Shown: positions 1 to 10,262 of the stretch, piece by piece
How the letters are laid out: each line of letters begins with the position of its first letter
Numbering within the stretch: the first letter of the stretch is position 1
The notes under the pieces: model-generated
What the model saw: the letters and a program-made list of their open reading frames with translations, nothing else
Told to the model about the DNA's origin: nothing
The model's database searches: none
Made by a program: the position numbers and the translations under genes
DNA from: Alphaproteobacteria bacterium
GTDB taxonomy: Bacteria > Pseudomonadota > Alphaproteobacteria > JAEULC01
Direction of reading: 5' to 3'
NCBI GenBank assembly: GCA_023150455.1
Contig: JAKLKW010000026.1
Location: 41,982-105,981, forward strand
Length of the DNA stretch: 64,000 bases

Positions 1-1
1 G

Positions 2-385
2 GTGGTCGACAAGTGGTTCCAGGTCCAGGCCACCGCGCCGCGCGCGGACGCGCTGGACGAGGTGCGCCGGCTGACCGGCCATCCCGCCTTCTCGATCCGC
101 AACCCGAACAAGGTGCGCGCGCTGATCGGCGCCTATGCCGCCGCCAACCCGGTCGGGTTCCACCGCGCCGACGGAAAGGGCTACGATTTCCTCGCCGACC
201 GCGTGATCGAGCTCAACAGGCTCAACCCGCAGGTTGCCGCCCGCATGCTGGGCACCATGACGCGCTGGCGCCGCTACGACGCGGCCCGCCGCGCGACGAT
301 GCGCCGCGCGCTCGAGCGCGTCGCCGCCGAGCCGGGCCTCAGCAAGGACGTCTTCGAGATCGCCAGCAAGAGCCTGGCGGGGTAG
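2..385 (+). CDS. pepN: Aminopeptidase N (M1 family) C-terminal fragment; 5' end lies outside the window
   Basis: The ORF runs to the window edge. The C-terminal ERAP1-like domain pattern resembles PepN C-termini. Confidence 0.6.
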   Translation: MVDKWFQVQATAPRADALDEVRRLTGHPAFSIRNPNKVRALIGAYAAANPVGFHRADGKGYDFLADRVIELNRLNPQVAARMLGTMTRWRRYDAARRATMRRALERVAAEPGLSKDVFEIASKSLAG

Positions 386-505
386 TCGCGAGGCGTCCTT
401 CGACAGCTCAGGACGAGGACTCCGATCGCGCCAGCCGCGTCGCGCCAGCAGGAAGAGGACCTCCCTTGCGCAGCCGGCATTTGTTCCGGCGGCGAGGAAG
501 GCGCT

Positions 506-1669
506 ATGAATCCCGGCAGCAAGAACGAGGGGGAACGCCGCGCCATGGACGTGAAGACCGTCGCACCGTCGACCGCCGCCAGCGACGCCTGGAACGACTT
601 CGAGAACCTGCACGAGTTCGTGCGCAAAGCGCGGCAGAACCTGGACCAGAACAACTGGGACTACATCGTCGGCGGCACCGAGACCGAGACGACGCTGAAG
701 CGCAACCGCCTGGCGCTCGACTCGATCGCCTTCCGGCCGCGCGTGCTGCGCGACGTCAGCCGCATCGACAGCACGGTCGAGCGGTTCGGCCGCAAGCTGC
801 GCCTGCCGGTGTTCATGGCGCCGGTCGGCAACCTCGAGGTCTTTCATGCCGGCGCAGCCGCCTCGGTCGTGCGCGCCGCCGGGCGGTTCGGCGCCGGGCA
901 CATGCTGAGCTCGGTCTGCCAGCCGGGGCTCGAAGCCACGGCCGATGCCGCGCCCGACGCCTTGCGCATCTTCCAGCTCTACGTGCGCGGCGACGACGCC
1001 TTCGTGCTCGACCACGTCGCCCGCGCCGAGCGGCGCAACTACGCCGCCTTCTGCCTGACGGTCGACACGGCGGTCTACAGCCGGCGCGAGCGCGACCTGG
1101 CCAAGCGGCACCGCACGGCGGGCAGCGGGCGCGTCGAGGGCCGCCAGCAGCTTGCGGCGCTGGACTGGCGCACGGTCGCGCTGATCCGCAAGAGGACGAA
1201 GCTGCCGCTGGTGCTGAAGGGCATCGCCACTGCCGAGGACGCGAAGATGGCGCTCGAGCACGGTATCGAGTGGGTCTATGTCTCGAACCACGGCGGGCGC
1301 CAGCTCGACCACGGTCGCGGCGCCATGGACGTGCTGCCCGAGGTCCTTGCTGCCGTCGCGGGCCGTGCGAAGATCATGATCGACGGCTCGTTCTGCCGCG
1401 GCTCGGACGTGGTGAAGGCGATCGCCGCCGGCGCCGACATGGTCGGGCTCGGCCGCATGCAGTGCTGGGCACTGGCGGCCGCCGGCGAGGACGGCGTCCA
1501 CCGCATGCTGGAGCTGCTGGAGGACGAGGTGCGCCGCTGCCTGGGGCTGCTGGGCGTCACGAGCTTCGCCCAGCTCGACCGCTCCTACCTTCACCCGGCC
1601 CCGCCGGTGAACCTGCCCGGCGTGTACAGCGCCTTCCCGCTGCTGGCGATGGACGAGTACCGCTACTGA
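506..1669 (+). CDS. FMN-dependent alpha-hydroxy acid dehydrogenase (L-lactate dehydrogenase / glycolate oxidase family)
   Basis: 387-aa ORF with TIM-barrel FMN-dehydrogenase signatures (SNHGGRQLD, GxGR). A GAGGAAGG SD lies 7 nt upstream of the ATG. Confidence 0.75.
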   Translation: MNPGSKNEGERRAMDVKTVAPSTAASDAWNDFENLHEFVRKARQNLDQNNWDYIVGGTETETTLKRNRLALDSIAFRPRVLRDVSRIDSTVERFGRKLRLPVFMAPVGNLEVFHAGAAASVVRAAGRFGAGHMLSSVCQPGLEATADAAPDALRIFQLYVRGDDAFVLDHVARAERRNYAAFCLTVDTAVYSRRERDLAKRHRTAGSGRVEGRQQLAALDWRTVALIRKRTKLPLVLKGIATAEDAKMALEHGIEWVYVSNHGGRQLDHGRGAMDVLPEVLAAVAGRAKIMIDGSFCRGSDVVKAIAAGADMVGLGRMQCWALAAAGEDGVHRMLELLEDEVRRCLGLLGVTSFAQLDRSYLHPAPPVNLPGVYSAFPLLAMDEYRY

Positions 1670-1681
1670 CCCTTCCGTCCG

Positions 1682-2272
1682 CTACGCCGCCGCCGAACGC
1701 GGGGCCGTGCGGGGAGCGAATTCCGTCTCCTCGGCTTCCAGTGCCTCGGGCGGTGCGGCCGGATCGACCGCGGCCGCGCCGAGCGCCAGCGGCGCAGGGC
1801 GGAAGGCGATCATGCTGACGAGGATCGTCGCCTCGCCCGCATCGTCGAGCAGCGGCAGCAGGAGGCGCGTGATCGTCTTGTGCGCGCGGCCGGGCACCGG
1901 CAGCGGGCAGTGATAGGCGACCGGACGGCCGGATTCGAGCGCGCGCAGGAACAGCGCGGCCCGGCTGGGCAGCGCCGCCGCCGGCAGCAGCTCGTCGAGA
2001 AGGAGGCCGGTGCATTCGCATCCGGTCTGGTTGCGGATCGCGGTGCCGCTGAGGCAGCAGCGCAGGCGCCCGTCCGGCATGCGGCGCCAGACCTCCACCA
2101 GGGGCAAGAGCTTGCGCACGCCCATGGGATCGAGCGCGCGGCGCGACGGAACCTGGCCGCCGGCCTGCCGGCGCAATGCGCACCAGTAGTCGAGCAAGGC
2201 GGCAAGGCCTGGATCGTCGAGAAGACGACGAAATGGGTTCGGCGCGGCGGCGCCGGCGACTTCCTGCTGCAT
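1682..2272 (-). CDS. PAS-like domain protein (alphaproteobacterial 'PAS domain-containing protein' family); start uncertain
   Basis: Internal Met of the 295-aa ORF. The LLDYWxxxR...MPSRxxxDP...LLP motif is typical of this family. The upstream part of the ORF is Arg/Pro-rich frame noise. Confidence 0.45.
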   Translation of the reverse strand: MQQEVAGAAAPNPFRRLLDDPGLAALLDYWCALRRQAGGQVPSRRALDPMGVRKLLPLVEVWRRMPDGRLRCCLSGTAIRNQTGCECTGLLLDELLPAAALPSRAALFLRALESGRPVAYHCPLPVPGRAHKTITRLLLPLLDDAGEATILVSMIAFRPAPLALGAAAVDPAAPPEALEAEETEFAPRTAPRSAAA

Positions 2273-2429
2273 TGGATGCCCCCGATCAACGATGGGTGCG
2301 ATGCTACGGGGGCGATGCTGAGCCTGCGATGAACCGATCGTTAACGCCGCATGCCGCGCCGTCATGGACAGGTTGCGGGCGGAGCGATAAGAGACATCGG
2401 CAAGGGACAGGGACAAACCGGGGGCATCG

Positions 2430-3884
2430 ATGACCAGACCAAGCTTCCGCCGTTCGCTCGGCGCGGCCGCCATTGGCGCCGGCTGCCTGCTGGCGCCGTG
2501 GAACGGCCCGGCGCTTGGCCAGTCGGGCCTGCCGACCCTGCCGGGCCAGGCGCCGGCCGGGCAGCCCACGCCGCAAGCGCAGCCTCAGGCACAGCCCCAG
2601 CCGGCCCCGCTTCAGGCAGCACCGCGCCCGCCGGGGGTACAGCCGCAAGCCCAGCCCCAGCCGCAACCTCACCCCACGGCGCAGCCGCCGGCCGCCGCCG
2701 CCGGCGCCTTCGACCAGACGCCCGAGCGCCCGGTCGCCGACGTCTATCCGCCGGAGCAGCGCGAGAGCCCGCAGCACACGCTGGTCGATCCGGTGCGCCC
2801 GTCGCCGTCGCCGACGGCGCTGGGGCTCTGGAACCAGACCTCGATCCAGTCGCGCTACGGCAATCTCGAGACGCCGAACGAATCCTTCACGCGCATCCGC
2901 ATCCGCGAGATCGAGGCGATCACCAAGCTGAAGGCGATCGACACCGGCGAGACGGTCGGCGGCGGCGTCGCCAACGCCGCCATGGCGCCGGTGCGCGCGG
3001 TCGGCGCGCTGTTCACCAAGCCGGTCGAGACGCTCGGCAACATCCCCAAGGGCGTCGGCGACTTCATCGCCCGCACCGGCGAGGGCTTCTCGAGCGAGAA
3101 GTCGAAGTTCGAGGACGGCATGTTCAAGGAGATCGCCGGCGTCAGCCGCAAGAAGCGCGAAATCGCGGCGCAGATGGGCGTCGACGTCTACTCCTCCAAC
3201 CCGCTGCTGCAGGAGGAGCTCGACCGGGTCGGCATCGCCAGCGCCGGCGGCAACATCACGGTCGACGTCGGCATGATCGCCGTCACCGGCACGGCCGGCG
3301 CCATCATCAGCAATCTCGGCCGCGTCGACGCGCTGCAGGAGATCGTCAACACCCAGCCCGCCTCCGAGCTGCGCCGGCGCGCGCGCCACACGCTCGAGGT
3401 GATCGCGATGCCGAAGAGCTTCATCGACCAGTTCCTCGACCATCCCTACTACTCGCCGCGCCGCAAGACGATCATCGTCGGCCTGATGTCGCCGATGAAG
3501 GAGGTGCGGGGGCTCGAGCAGTTCATGGAGGCCGCGCTGACGGCTGGGAGCGAGGCCGACGCGCTCTATTACCAGCAGATGATGGAGCTGTTCTCGGCCT
3601 TCCACTTCAACGTGGCGCCGCTGAAGCAGATCCTGCTGATCGAGAAATACCCGGTCGCGATCTCCGAGAAGGCCGGCGCGTTCTTCTCCGTGCCCGTCGA
3701 TCGCGTGTACTGGACCAAGGAGACGCAAGGCTTCCTCGACCAGCTGTTGGCCAAGCTGCCCGACCGCCAGAAGCTGCCGGCCGTCACCATGTGGGCGCTC
3801 GGCGACTACACGCCGCTCGCCGCGGCGGAAGTAGCCAAGCGCGGCATCCGCGCGGGACAGAAGGCGGCGGTGAACTACAACTGA
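2430..3884 (+). CDS. Secreted hypothetical protein with an N-terminal signal peptide and a Q/P-rich low-complexity repeat (QAQPQ)n, followed by a ~380-aa globular domain
   Basis: Signal-peptide-like N-terminus. The repeat region spans roughly 2520-2700. Codon usage is coherent. Confidence 0.55.
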   Translation: MTRPSFRRSLGAAAIGAGCLLAPWNGPALGQSGLPTLPGQAPAGQPTPQAQPQAQPQPAPLQAAPRPPGVQPQAQPQPQPHPTAQPPAAAAGAFDQTPERPVADVYPPEQRESPQHTLVDPVRPSPSPTALGLWNQTSIQSRYGNLETPNESFTRIRIREIEAITKLKAIDTGETVGGGVANAAMAPVRAVGALFTKPVETLGNIPKGVGDFIARTGEGFSSEKSKFEDGMFKEIAGVSRKKREIAAQMGVDVYSSNPLLQEELDRVGIASAGGNITVDVGMIAVTGTAGAIISNLGRVDALQEIVNTQPASELRRRARHTLEVIAMPKSFIDQFLDHPYYSPRRKTIIVGLMSPMKEVRGLEQFMEAALTAGSEADALYYQQMMELFSAFHFNVAPLKQILLIEKYPVAISEKAGAFFSVPVDRVYWTKETQGFLDQLLAKLPDRQKLPAVTMWALGDYTPLAAAEVAKRGIRAGQKAAVNYN

Positions 3885-3902
3885 GGCGTAGCGGTAGCCC
3901 GG

Positions 3903-5498
3903 TCACGCCCCCGCCACCCCGATCGACGCCAGCCTCACCTCCTCCAGGTCCAGCTCGCGCTGCAGGCGCTGCCACGCCTCGTCGCCGATCTGGCCGTCGC
4001 GGCGGAGCTTGATCAGGCGGCGGCGCGCGGCGCCAAGCGCGGCCAGGTGCGCGGCGTGGTAGGCGCCCGCGGCGGCGCCCGACGGGCGCTGGAGGAAGTC
4101 GCCGAAGAGCGCCTCGACATCGGCCAGGCGATGGCCGTAGCCGTCGCGGATCGTGTGCGCGACCTCGGCCGGGACCCTGCCCGACTTCGCCATCTCGTCG
4201 ATCTCGGCCATTGCGGCGTGGATGCTCTTGGCCCGCGCCAGGCGTTCCTCGGCGTCGGTGTCGCAATCGGCGCCGACGCCCAAGCGGCGGATGACGAAGC
4301 CCAGCGTGCCGCCCTGCAGCACCAGCGTCGCGAGGATGACGGCGTAGGTCAGGAACAGGATCAGCTCGCGCTGCGGGAAGGGCTCGCCGTCGTGCATGGT
4401 GAGCGGCAGGGCCAGCGCCATCACGAGCGAGACCACGCCGCGCATGCCGGACCAGCCGACGATGACGAGGTGGCGCCAGGGCAGCTCCGACGCGCGGCGC
4501 CGGAGCGTCGGCACCGCGATCTCGCGCCCGTAGGCGGCGCCGAAGACGACGAGGAAACGCAGCGCGATCACGGCCGCCGACACCACGACCGCGCAGAGCG
4601 CGAGCGTCGACAGGGGATAGCCGGCGAGTCCTTCCATCACCTGGGGCAGCATGAGCCCGATCAGGATGAACACGACGGTGTTGATCAGGAACACGATGAC
4701 ATCCCACACCGCATAGGCCTGGATGCGGGTCTGCGCCGAGAACACCTCGGGCGCGTGCCAGCCGCGCACGAGGCCGGCCGCCACCACGGCGAGGACGGCG
4801 GAGACGTGCAGCTTTTCGGCCGCGATGAACACGGCAAATGGGAAGACGAGCGAGAAGGCGATCTCGCTCATGGGATCGGCGATGCGCCGCTGCACATGCA
4901 CGGACAGGTAGCCGGCGGCCGCGCCGATCACGGTGCCGCCCGTCGCCAGGAACAGGAACTGCAGGCCCGGCCCGGGGAAGGAGAAGGACCAGGCTCCCGC
5001 CAGCGCCGCCGCCAGGGCGAAGCGGAAGAAAACGAGACCGGCGGCATCGTTCACCAGGCTCTCGCCCTCGATCACGGTGACGATGCGCCGGGGCACGCGC
5101 ACGTTGCGCATGATCGCCGTCGCGGCGACCGCGTCGGAGGGCGAGACGATGGCGCCGAGCACCAGCGCGGCGGTCCAGGGCATGGCCGGCACGATCAGCT
5201 TGGCGACCGCGGCGACGCCGAGCGTGGTGACCAGTACCAAGCCGATCGCGAGCAGGCCGATCGGCTTGATGTTGGCGCGGAAGTCGCGCCAGGAGGTGAA
5301 GATCGCCGCCTGGTAGAGGATCGGCGGCAGCACGAGGGTCAGCGCCAGCTCGGGATCGACCGCGATCGCCGGCAGCCCGGGGATGAAGCTGACGGCGAGC
5401 CCGCCCAGCACCAGCGCGATCGGATAGGGCACGCGCGTCTGCCGCGCGAGCAGCCCCAGCACGATGCCGCCGGCGATGAGCGCAAGGATTTCCGTCAT
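3903..5498 (-). CDS. Na+/H+ antiporter, CPA1 (NhaP-type) family
   Basis: 531 aa, multi-TM protein with a C-terminal cytoplasmic regulatory tail. The ILxxAIVSPSDAVAATAI motif matches. Confidence 0.8.
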   Translation of the reverse strand: MTEILALIAGGIVLGLLARQTRVPYPIALVLGGLAVSFIPGLPAIAVDPELALTLVLPPILYQAAIFTSWRDFRANIKPIGLLAIGLVLVTTLGVAAVAKLIVPAMPWTAALVLGAIVSPSDAVAATAIMRNVRVPRRIVTVIEGESLVNDAAGLVFFRFALAAALAGAWSFSFPGPGLQFLFLATGGTVIGAAAGYLSVHVQRRIADPMSEIAFSLVFPFAVFIAAEKLHVSAVLAVVAAGLVRGWHAPEVFSAQTRIQAYAVWDVIVFLINTVVFILIGLMLPQVMEGLAGYPLSTLALCAVVVSAAVIALRFLVVFGAAYGREIAVPTLRRRASELPWRHLVIVGWSGMRGVVSLVMALALPLTMHDGEPFPQRELILFLTYAVILATLVLQGGTLGFVIRRLGVGADCDTDAEERLARAKSIHAAMAEIDEMAKSGRVPAEVAHTIRDGYGHRLADVEALFGDFLQRPSGAAAGAYHAAHLAALGAARRRLIKLRRDGQIGDEAWQRLQRELDLEEVRLASIGVAGA

Positions 5499-5649
5499 GG
5501 ATGGCGATCTCCGCGGCGGTCACGGCCGGCCGCTGCAACAGGCATGTCGGGATGGCGCTTGGGCCCATGCGCGGGGCGCCTTGATAGCCCGGCGAGGGGC
5601 GCGCAAGTCAACCTCGCAACCGGCATCGCCCAGGCGCGGCGCCAACCCG

Positions 5650-5677
5650 TTGACAGCGCGCGCTTGCTGGCTATAGT
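5650..5677 (+). promoter_or_regulatory. Sigma70-type promoter for rplU-rpmA: TTGACA, 16 nt spacer, TATAGT
   Basis: Read directly from the sequence. An untranslated leader of about 100 nt precedes rplU. Confidence 0.5.
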
Positions 5678-5782
5678 GCCGGCCTTCCGGCGGCGGGGCG
5701 GCCTCGCGGCCGTTTTGGCGCGCGGGCCAGGAATTCCTTAACTTTCAGGCACTTCGCAGCGCCCGAGCTAACAGGACAAGCC

Positions 5783-6097
5783 ATGTTCGCGGTCATCAAA
5801 ACAGGCGGCAAGCAGTACAAGGTCGCCAAGGACGACGTCATCGAGGTCGAGAAGCTGCCGGGCGCGGCCGGGGCCTCGGTCGACCTGACCGAAGTGCTGA
5901 TGCTGTCGGACGGCGGCAAGGTCGAGACGGGCTCGCCGCTTTTGGCCGGCGCCAAGGTGTCGGCCGAGGTGGTCGAGCAGACCCGCGGCGACAAGATCAT
6001 CGTCTTCAAGAAGCGGCGCCGGAAGAACTACCGCCGCAAGAAGGGCCATCGCCAGGACCTGACGGTCCTGAAGATCACGGGTATCTCGCGCGGCTAG
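5783..6097 (+). CDS. rplU: 50S ribosomal protein L21
   Basis: [14 protein letters not shown]...; the N-terminus is canonical for L21. Confidence 0.95.
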   Translation: MFAVIKTGGKQYKVAKDDVIEVEKLPGAAGASVDLTEVLMLSDGGKVETGSPLLAGAKVSAEVVEQTRGDKIIVFKKRRRKNYRRKKGHRQDLTVLKITGISRG

Positions 6098-6140
6098 GGC
6101 CGCGCGGCCCCGAACTGACGAGAAGCTGGGAGCATGCGTC

Positions 6141-6410
6141 ATGGCGCATAAGAAAGCAGGCGGCAGCTCACGCAACGGCCGCGATTCCGCCGGTCAACGC
6201 CTGGGCGTGAAGCGCTTCGGCGACCAGCTGGTGCCGGCCGGCAACATCCTGGTGCGCCAGCGCGGCACCAAGTTCCATGCCGGTCAGAACGTCGGCATGG
6301 GCCGCGACCACACGCTGTTCGCCAAGGTGGACGGGCGCGTGAAGTTCCGACCGTCGAAGCTCGGCCGGACCTTCATCGACGTGCTTCCGGTCAAGGAAGC
6401 CGCCGAATAG
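6141..6410 (+). CDS. rpmA: 50S ribosomal protein L27
   Basis: [16 protein letters not shown]... is the canonical L27 N-terminus. Confidence 0.95.
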   Translation: MAHKKAGGSSRNGRDSAGQRLGVKRFGDQLVPAGNILVRQRGTKFHAGQNVGMGRDHTLFAKVDGRVKFRPSKLGRTFIDVLPVKEAAE

Positions 6411-6497
6411 GGTCCTGACGCCCCGCCCGGGAACTCCCGGGCAGAAGGTCCCTTGACGGGTCCGGCGGGGCGCAAGCCCCGAAAGGCGACCCGGTAG

Positions 6498-7547
<1,050 letters not shown>

Positions 7548-7716
7548 AGGGCGCGACGCGAACGCAATCTCCCCGGTCCCCCCTCCCCTCGCGGGACGGG
7601 GTTAGGGGGAGAGGGCGAACAGACGAGTCCGGTTCCGCGCCGGTCGAGCTCCGTCGTGACGACCCCTCCCCCTGGCCCGCTCCCGCACGGGGAGGGGGGA
7701 CAGGAATGGCGGTGCC

Positions 7717-8859
7717 ATGACCGCCCCGGCGAAAGCCGCCGCCGTGTCGCCGCTCGCTTCGGCGCGGCGCATCGTCTTGAAGATCGGCTCGGCGCTGCTG
7801 GTGGACGAGGCGACGGGCAAGGTGCGCCGGCAATGGCTGGCGGCGCTGGCGGACGATATCGCGGCGGCGCGCCAGCGCGGGCAGGATGTGCTGATCGTCT
7901 CGTCCGGCGCCATCGCGGTCGGGCGGCATCATCTCAACCTGCACGGGCGCGCGCTGAAGCTGGAGGAGAAGCAGGCGGCGGCCGCGACCGGGCAGAGCCG
8001 ATTGACGCATGCCTACGAGGAGGCGCTGGCGCGGCACGGCATCACCGTGGCGCAGGTGCTGCTGACCTACGAGGACACCGAGGAGCGCCGCCGGCATTTG
8101 AACGCGCGCGGTACGCTGACGGAACTGCTGCGGCTCGGCGCCATTCCGGTGATCAACGAGAACGACACGGTGACGACCGAGGAGATCCGCTTCGGCGACA
8201 ACGACCGGCTGGCGGCGCGCGTGGCGCAGATGGTCAGCGCCGACGCGCTGGTCCTGTTCTCCGACATCGACGGGCTCTACACCGCCGACCCGCGCCGCGA
8301 CGGCGCCGCGCGGCACCTGCCGGAAGTGCGCGAGCTGACGGCGGAGATCGAGGCCATGGCCGGCAAGGCGCCGCCGGGCTACAGCTCGGGCGGCATGGTC
8401 ACCAAGCTCGCCGCCGCGCGCATCGCCCTGGCGGCGGGCTGCCGCATGGCCATCGCCAACGGCCGCGCCGAGCATCCGCTCAAGGCGCTGATCGAGGGCG
8501 CGCGCTGCACCTGGTTCGTGCCGCAGGCCTCGCCGCCTGCCGCGCGCAAGGGCTGGATTGCCGGCACGCTCAAGCCCGCCGGCACGCTGGTGGTCGACGA
8601 CGGCGCGGTCGCGGCCTTGAAGACGGGCAAAAGCCTGCTGCCCGCCGGCGTCGTCGCGGTCGCCGGCGCGTTCGAGCGCGGCGACGCGGTGCAGGTCGAG
8701 GACCGCGGCGGCCGCAAGCTCGGCCGCGGGCTCGTCGCCTATTCCAGCCAGGACTGCGCGCGCATCATCGGCCACCGCTCGGGTGAAATCGAGGCGATCC
8801 TGGGCTACCGTGGGCGCGACGAGATGATCCATCGCGACGACCTGGTGCTGGAGTCATGA
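7717..8859 (+). CDS. proB: Glutamate 5-kinase
   Basis: Amino-acid kinase domain plus a C-terminal PUA domain. Its stop overlaps the proA start as ATGA. Confidence 0.9.
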   Translation: MTAPAKAAAVSPLASARRIVLKIGSALLVDEATGKVRRQWLAALADDIAAARQRGQDVLIVSSGAIAVGRHHLNLHGRALKLEEKQAAAATGQSRLTHAYEEALARHGITVAQVLLTYEDTEERRRHLNARGTLTELLRLGAIPVINENDTVTTEEIRFGDNDRLAARVAQMVSADALVLFSDIDGLYTADPRRDGAARHLPEVRELTAEIEAMAGKAPPGYSSGGMVTKLAAARIALAAGCRMAIANGRAEHPLKALIEGARCTWFVPQASPPAARKGWIAGTLKPAGTLVVDDGAVAALKTGKSLLPAGVVAVAGAFERGDAVQVEDRGGRKLGRGLVAYSSQDCARIIGHRSGEIEAILGYRGRDEMIHRDDLVLES

Positions 8860-10137
8860 CCGCCGCCATCGCCGAGGCCGAGAACGTCGCCGAGCTGACG
8901 GCCGAGATGCGCCGCATCGGCCGGGCCGCGCGCGAGGCGGCGCGCGCGCTTGCCGTCGTGCCGTCGGAAGCCAAGACGCGCGCGCTGAAGGCCGCCGCCG
9001 CCGCCGTGCGCGCCCATGCCGCCGCCATCATCGAGGCCAACGGCGAGGACGTGGAAGAGGCGCGGCGCGACGGGCTGGCCGCGCCGCTGATCGACCGCCT
9101 GCTGATCGACGAGAAGCGCGTCGCGGCGATCGCCGCGAGCCTGGACGAGATCGCCGCCCTGCCCGACCCGGTCGGCACGGAGCTTGCGCGCTGGCAGCGG
9201 CCGAACGGGCTCGACATCGCGCGCGTGCGCGTGCCGCTCGGCGTGATCGGCATCATCTACGAGTCGCGGCCGAACGTGACGGCCGATGCCGGGGGGCTTT
9301 GCCTCAAGGCCGGCAACGCCACGATCCTGCGCGGCGGCTCCGAGAGCTTCCATTCCTCGCATGCCATCGCGCGCTGCCTGGCCGAGGGGCTCAAGGCGGC
9401 GAACCTGCCCGAGGCCGCGATCCAGCTGGTGCCGACGCGCGACCGGGCGGCGGTCGGCATGATGCTGACCATGCCCGAGTTCATCGACGTCGCGCGGGGG
9501 AAAGTCGCTGGTCGAGCGGGTGATGAACGAGAGCCGCATTCCCGTGCTCGCCCATCTCGAGGGCAACTGCCACGTCTATGTCGACGGCGCCGCCGATCTG
9601 GCCATGGCGCGCGAGGTCACGCTCAACGCCAAGATGCGCCGCACCTCGGTCTGCGGCGCGGCCGAGACGCTGCTGGTCGACCGCCGCGTCGCGTCGTAGC
9701 ATCTGCCGGCGCTGGTCATGGACCTGCTCGCTGCCGGCTGCGCCGTGCGCGGCGACGACGCGACGCAGAAGGTCGACCCGCGCGTGACGCCGGCGAGCGA
9801 CGAGGACTGGTCGACCGAGTTCCTCGACGCGATCATCGCCGTCGGGCTGGTCGACGGCGTCGACGGCGCGATCCGGCACATCAACAAGTACGGCTCGCAT
9901 CACACCGACAGCATCATCACGGCCGACGCCAAGGCGGCCGAGAAGTTCCTCGGCGAGGTCGACAGCGGCATCGTGCTGCACAACGCCTCGACCCAGTTCG
10001 CCGACGGCGGCGAGTTCGGCATGGGCGCCGAGATCGGCATTTCCACCAGCCGCCTGCACGCCCGCGGCCCCGTCGGCGCCGAGCAGCTGACCAGCTTCAA
10101 GTACGTGGTGCGCGGGTCGGGCCAGGTTCGACCCTGA
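8856..10137 (+). pseudogene. proA: Gamma-glutamyl phosphate reductase (proA) with two lesions: a frameshift in a G-run near 9495 and an in-frame TAG at about 9697-9699
   Basis: ProA homology runs across three frame segments: 8856-9490 in frame 0, 9493-9696 in frame +1 ([36 protein letters not shown]...LLVDRRVAS*), then HLPALV...GQVRP to 10137. Confidence 0.75.
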
Positions 10138-10180
10138 CTGCGCCATAACGCGCTTCAGACGGATCGACGTCTTTCGACAA

Positions 10181-10221
10181 GCTCAGCATGAGGACCAAGA
10201 CAAGGAGTCCTCACCCTGAGC
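10181..10221. terminator. Imperfect long inverted repeat between convergent proA and fadD-like genes (candidate bidirectional terminator)
   Basis: gctcag/ctgagc and tgaggac/gtcctca arms are nested inside the gtctttcgac/gtcgaaagat arms. Confidence 0.3.
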
Positions 10222-10262
10222 CTGTCGAAGGGCGAGCCCGTCGAAAGATGAGTCCGCTGTCG

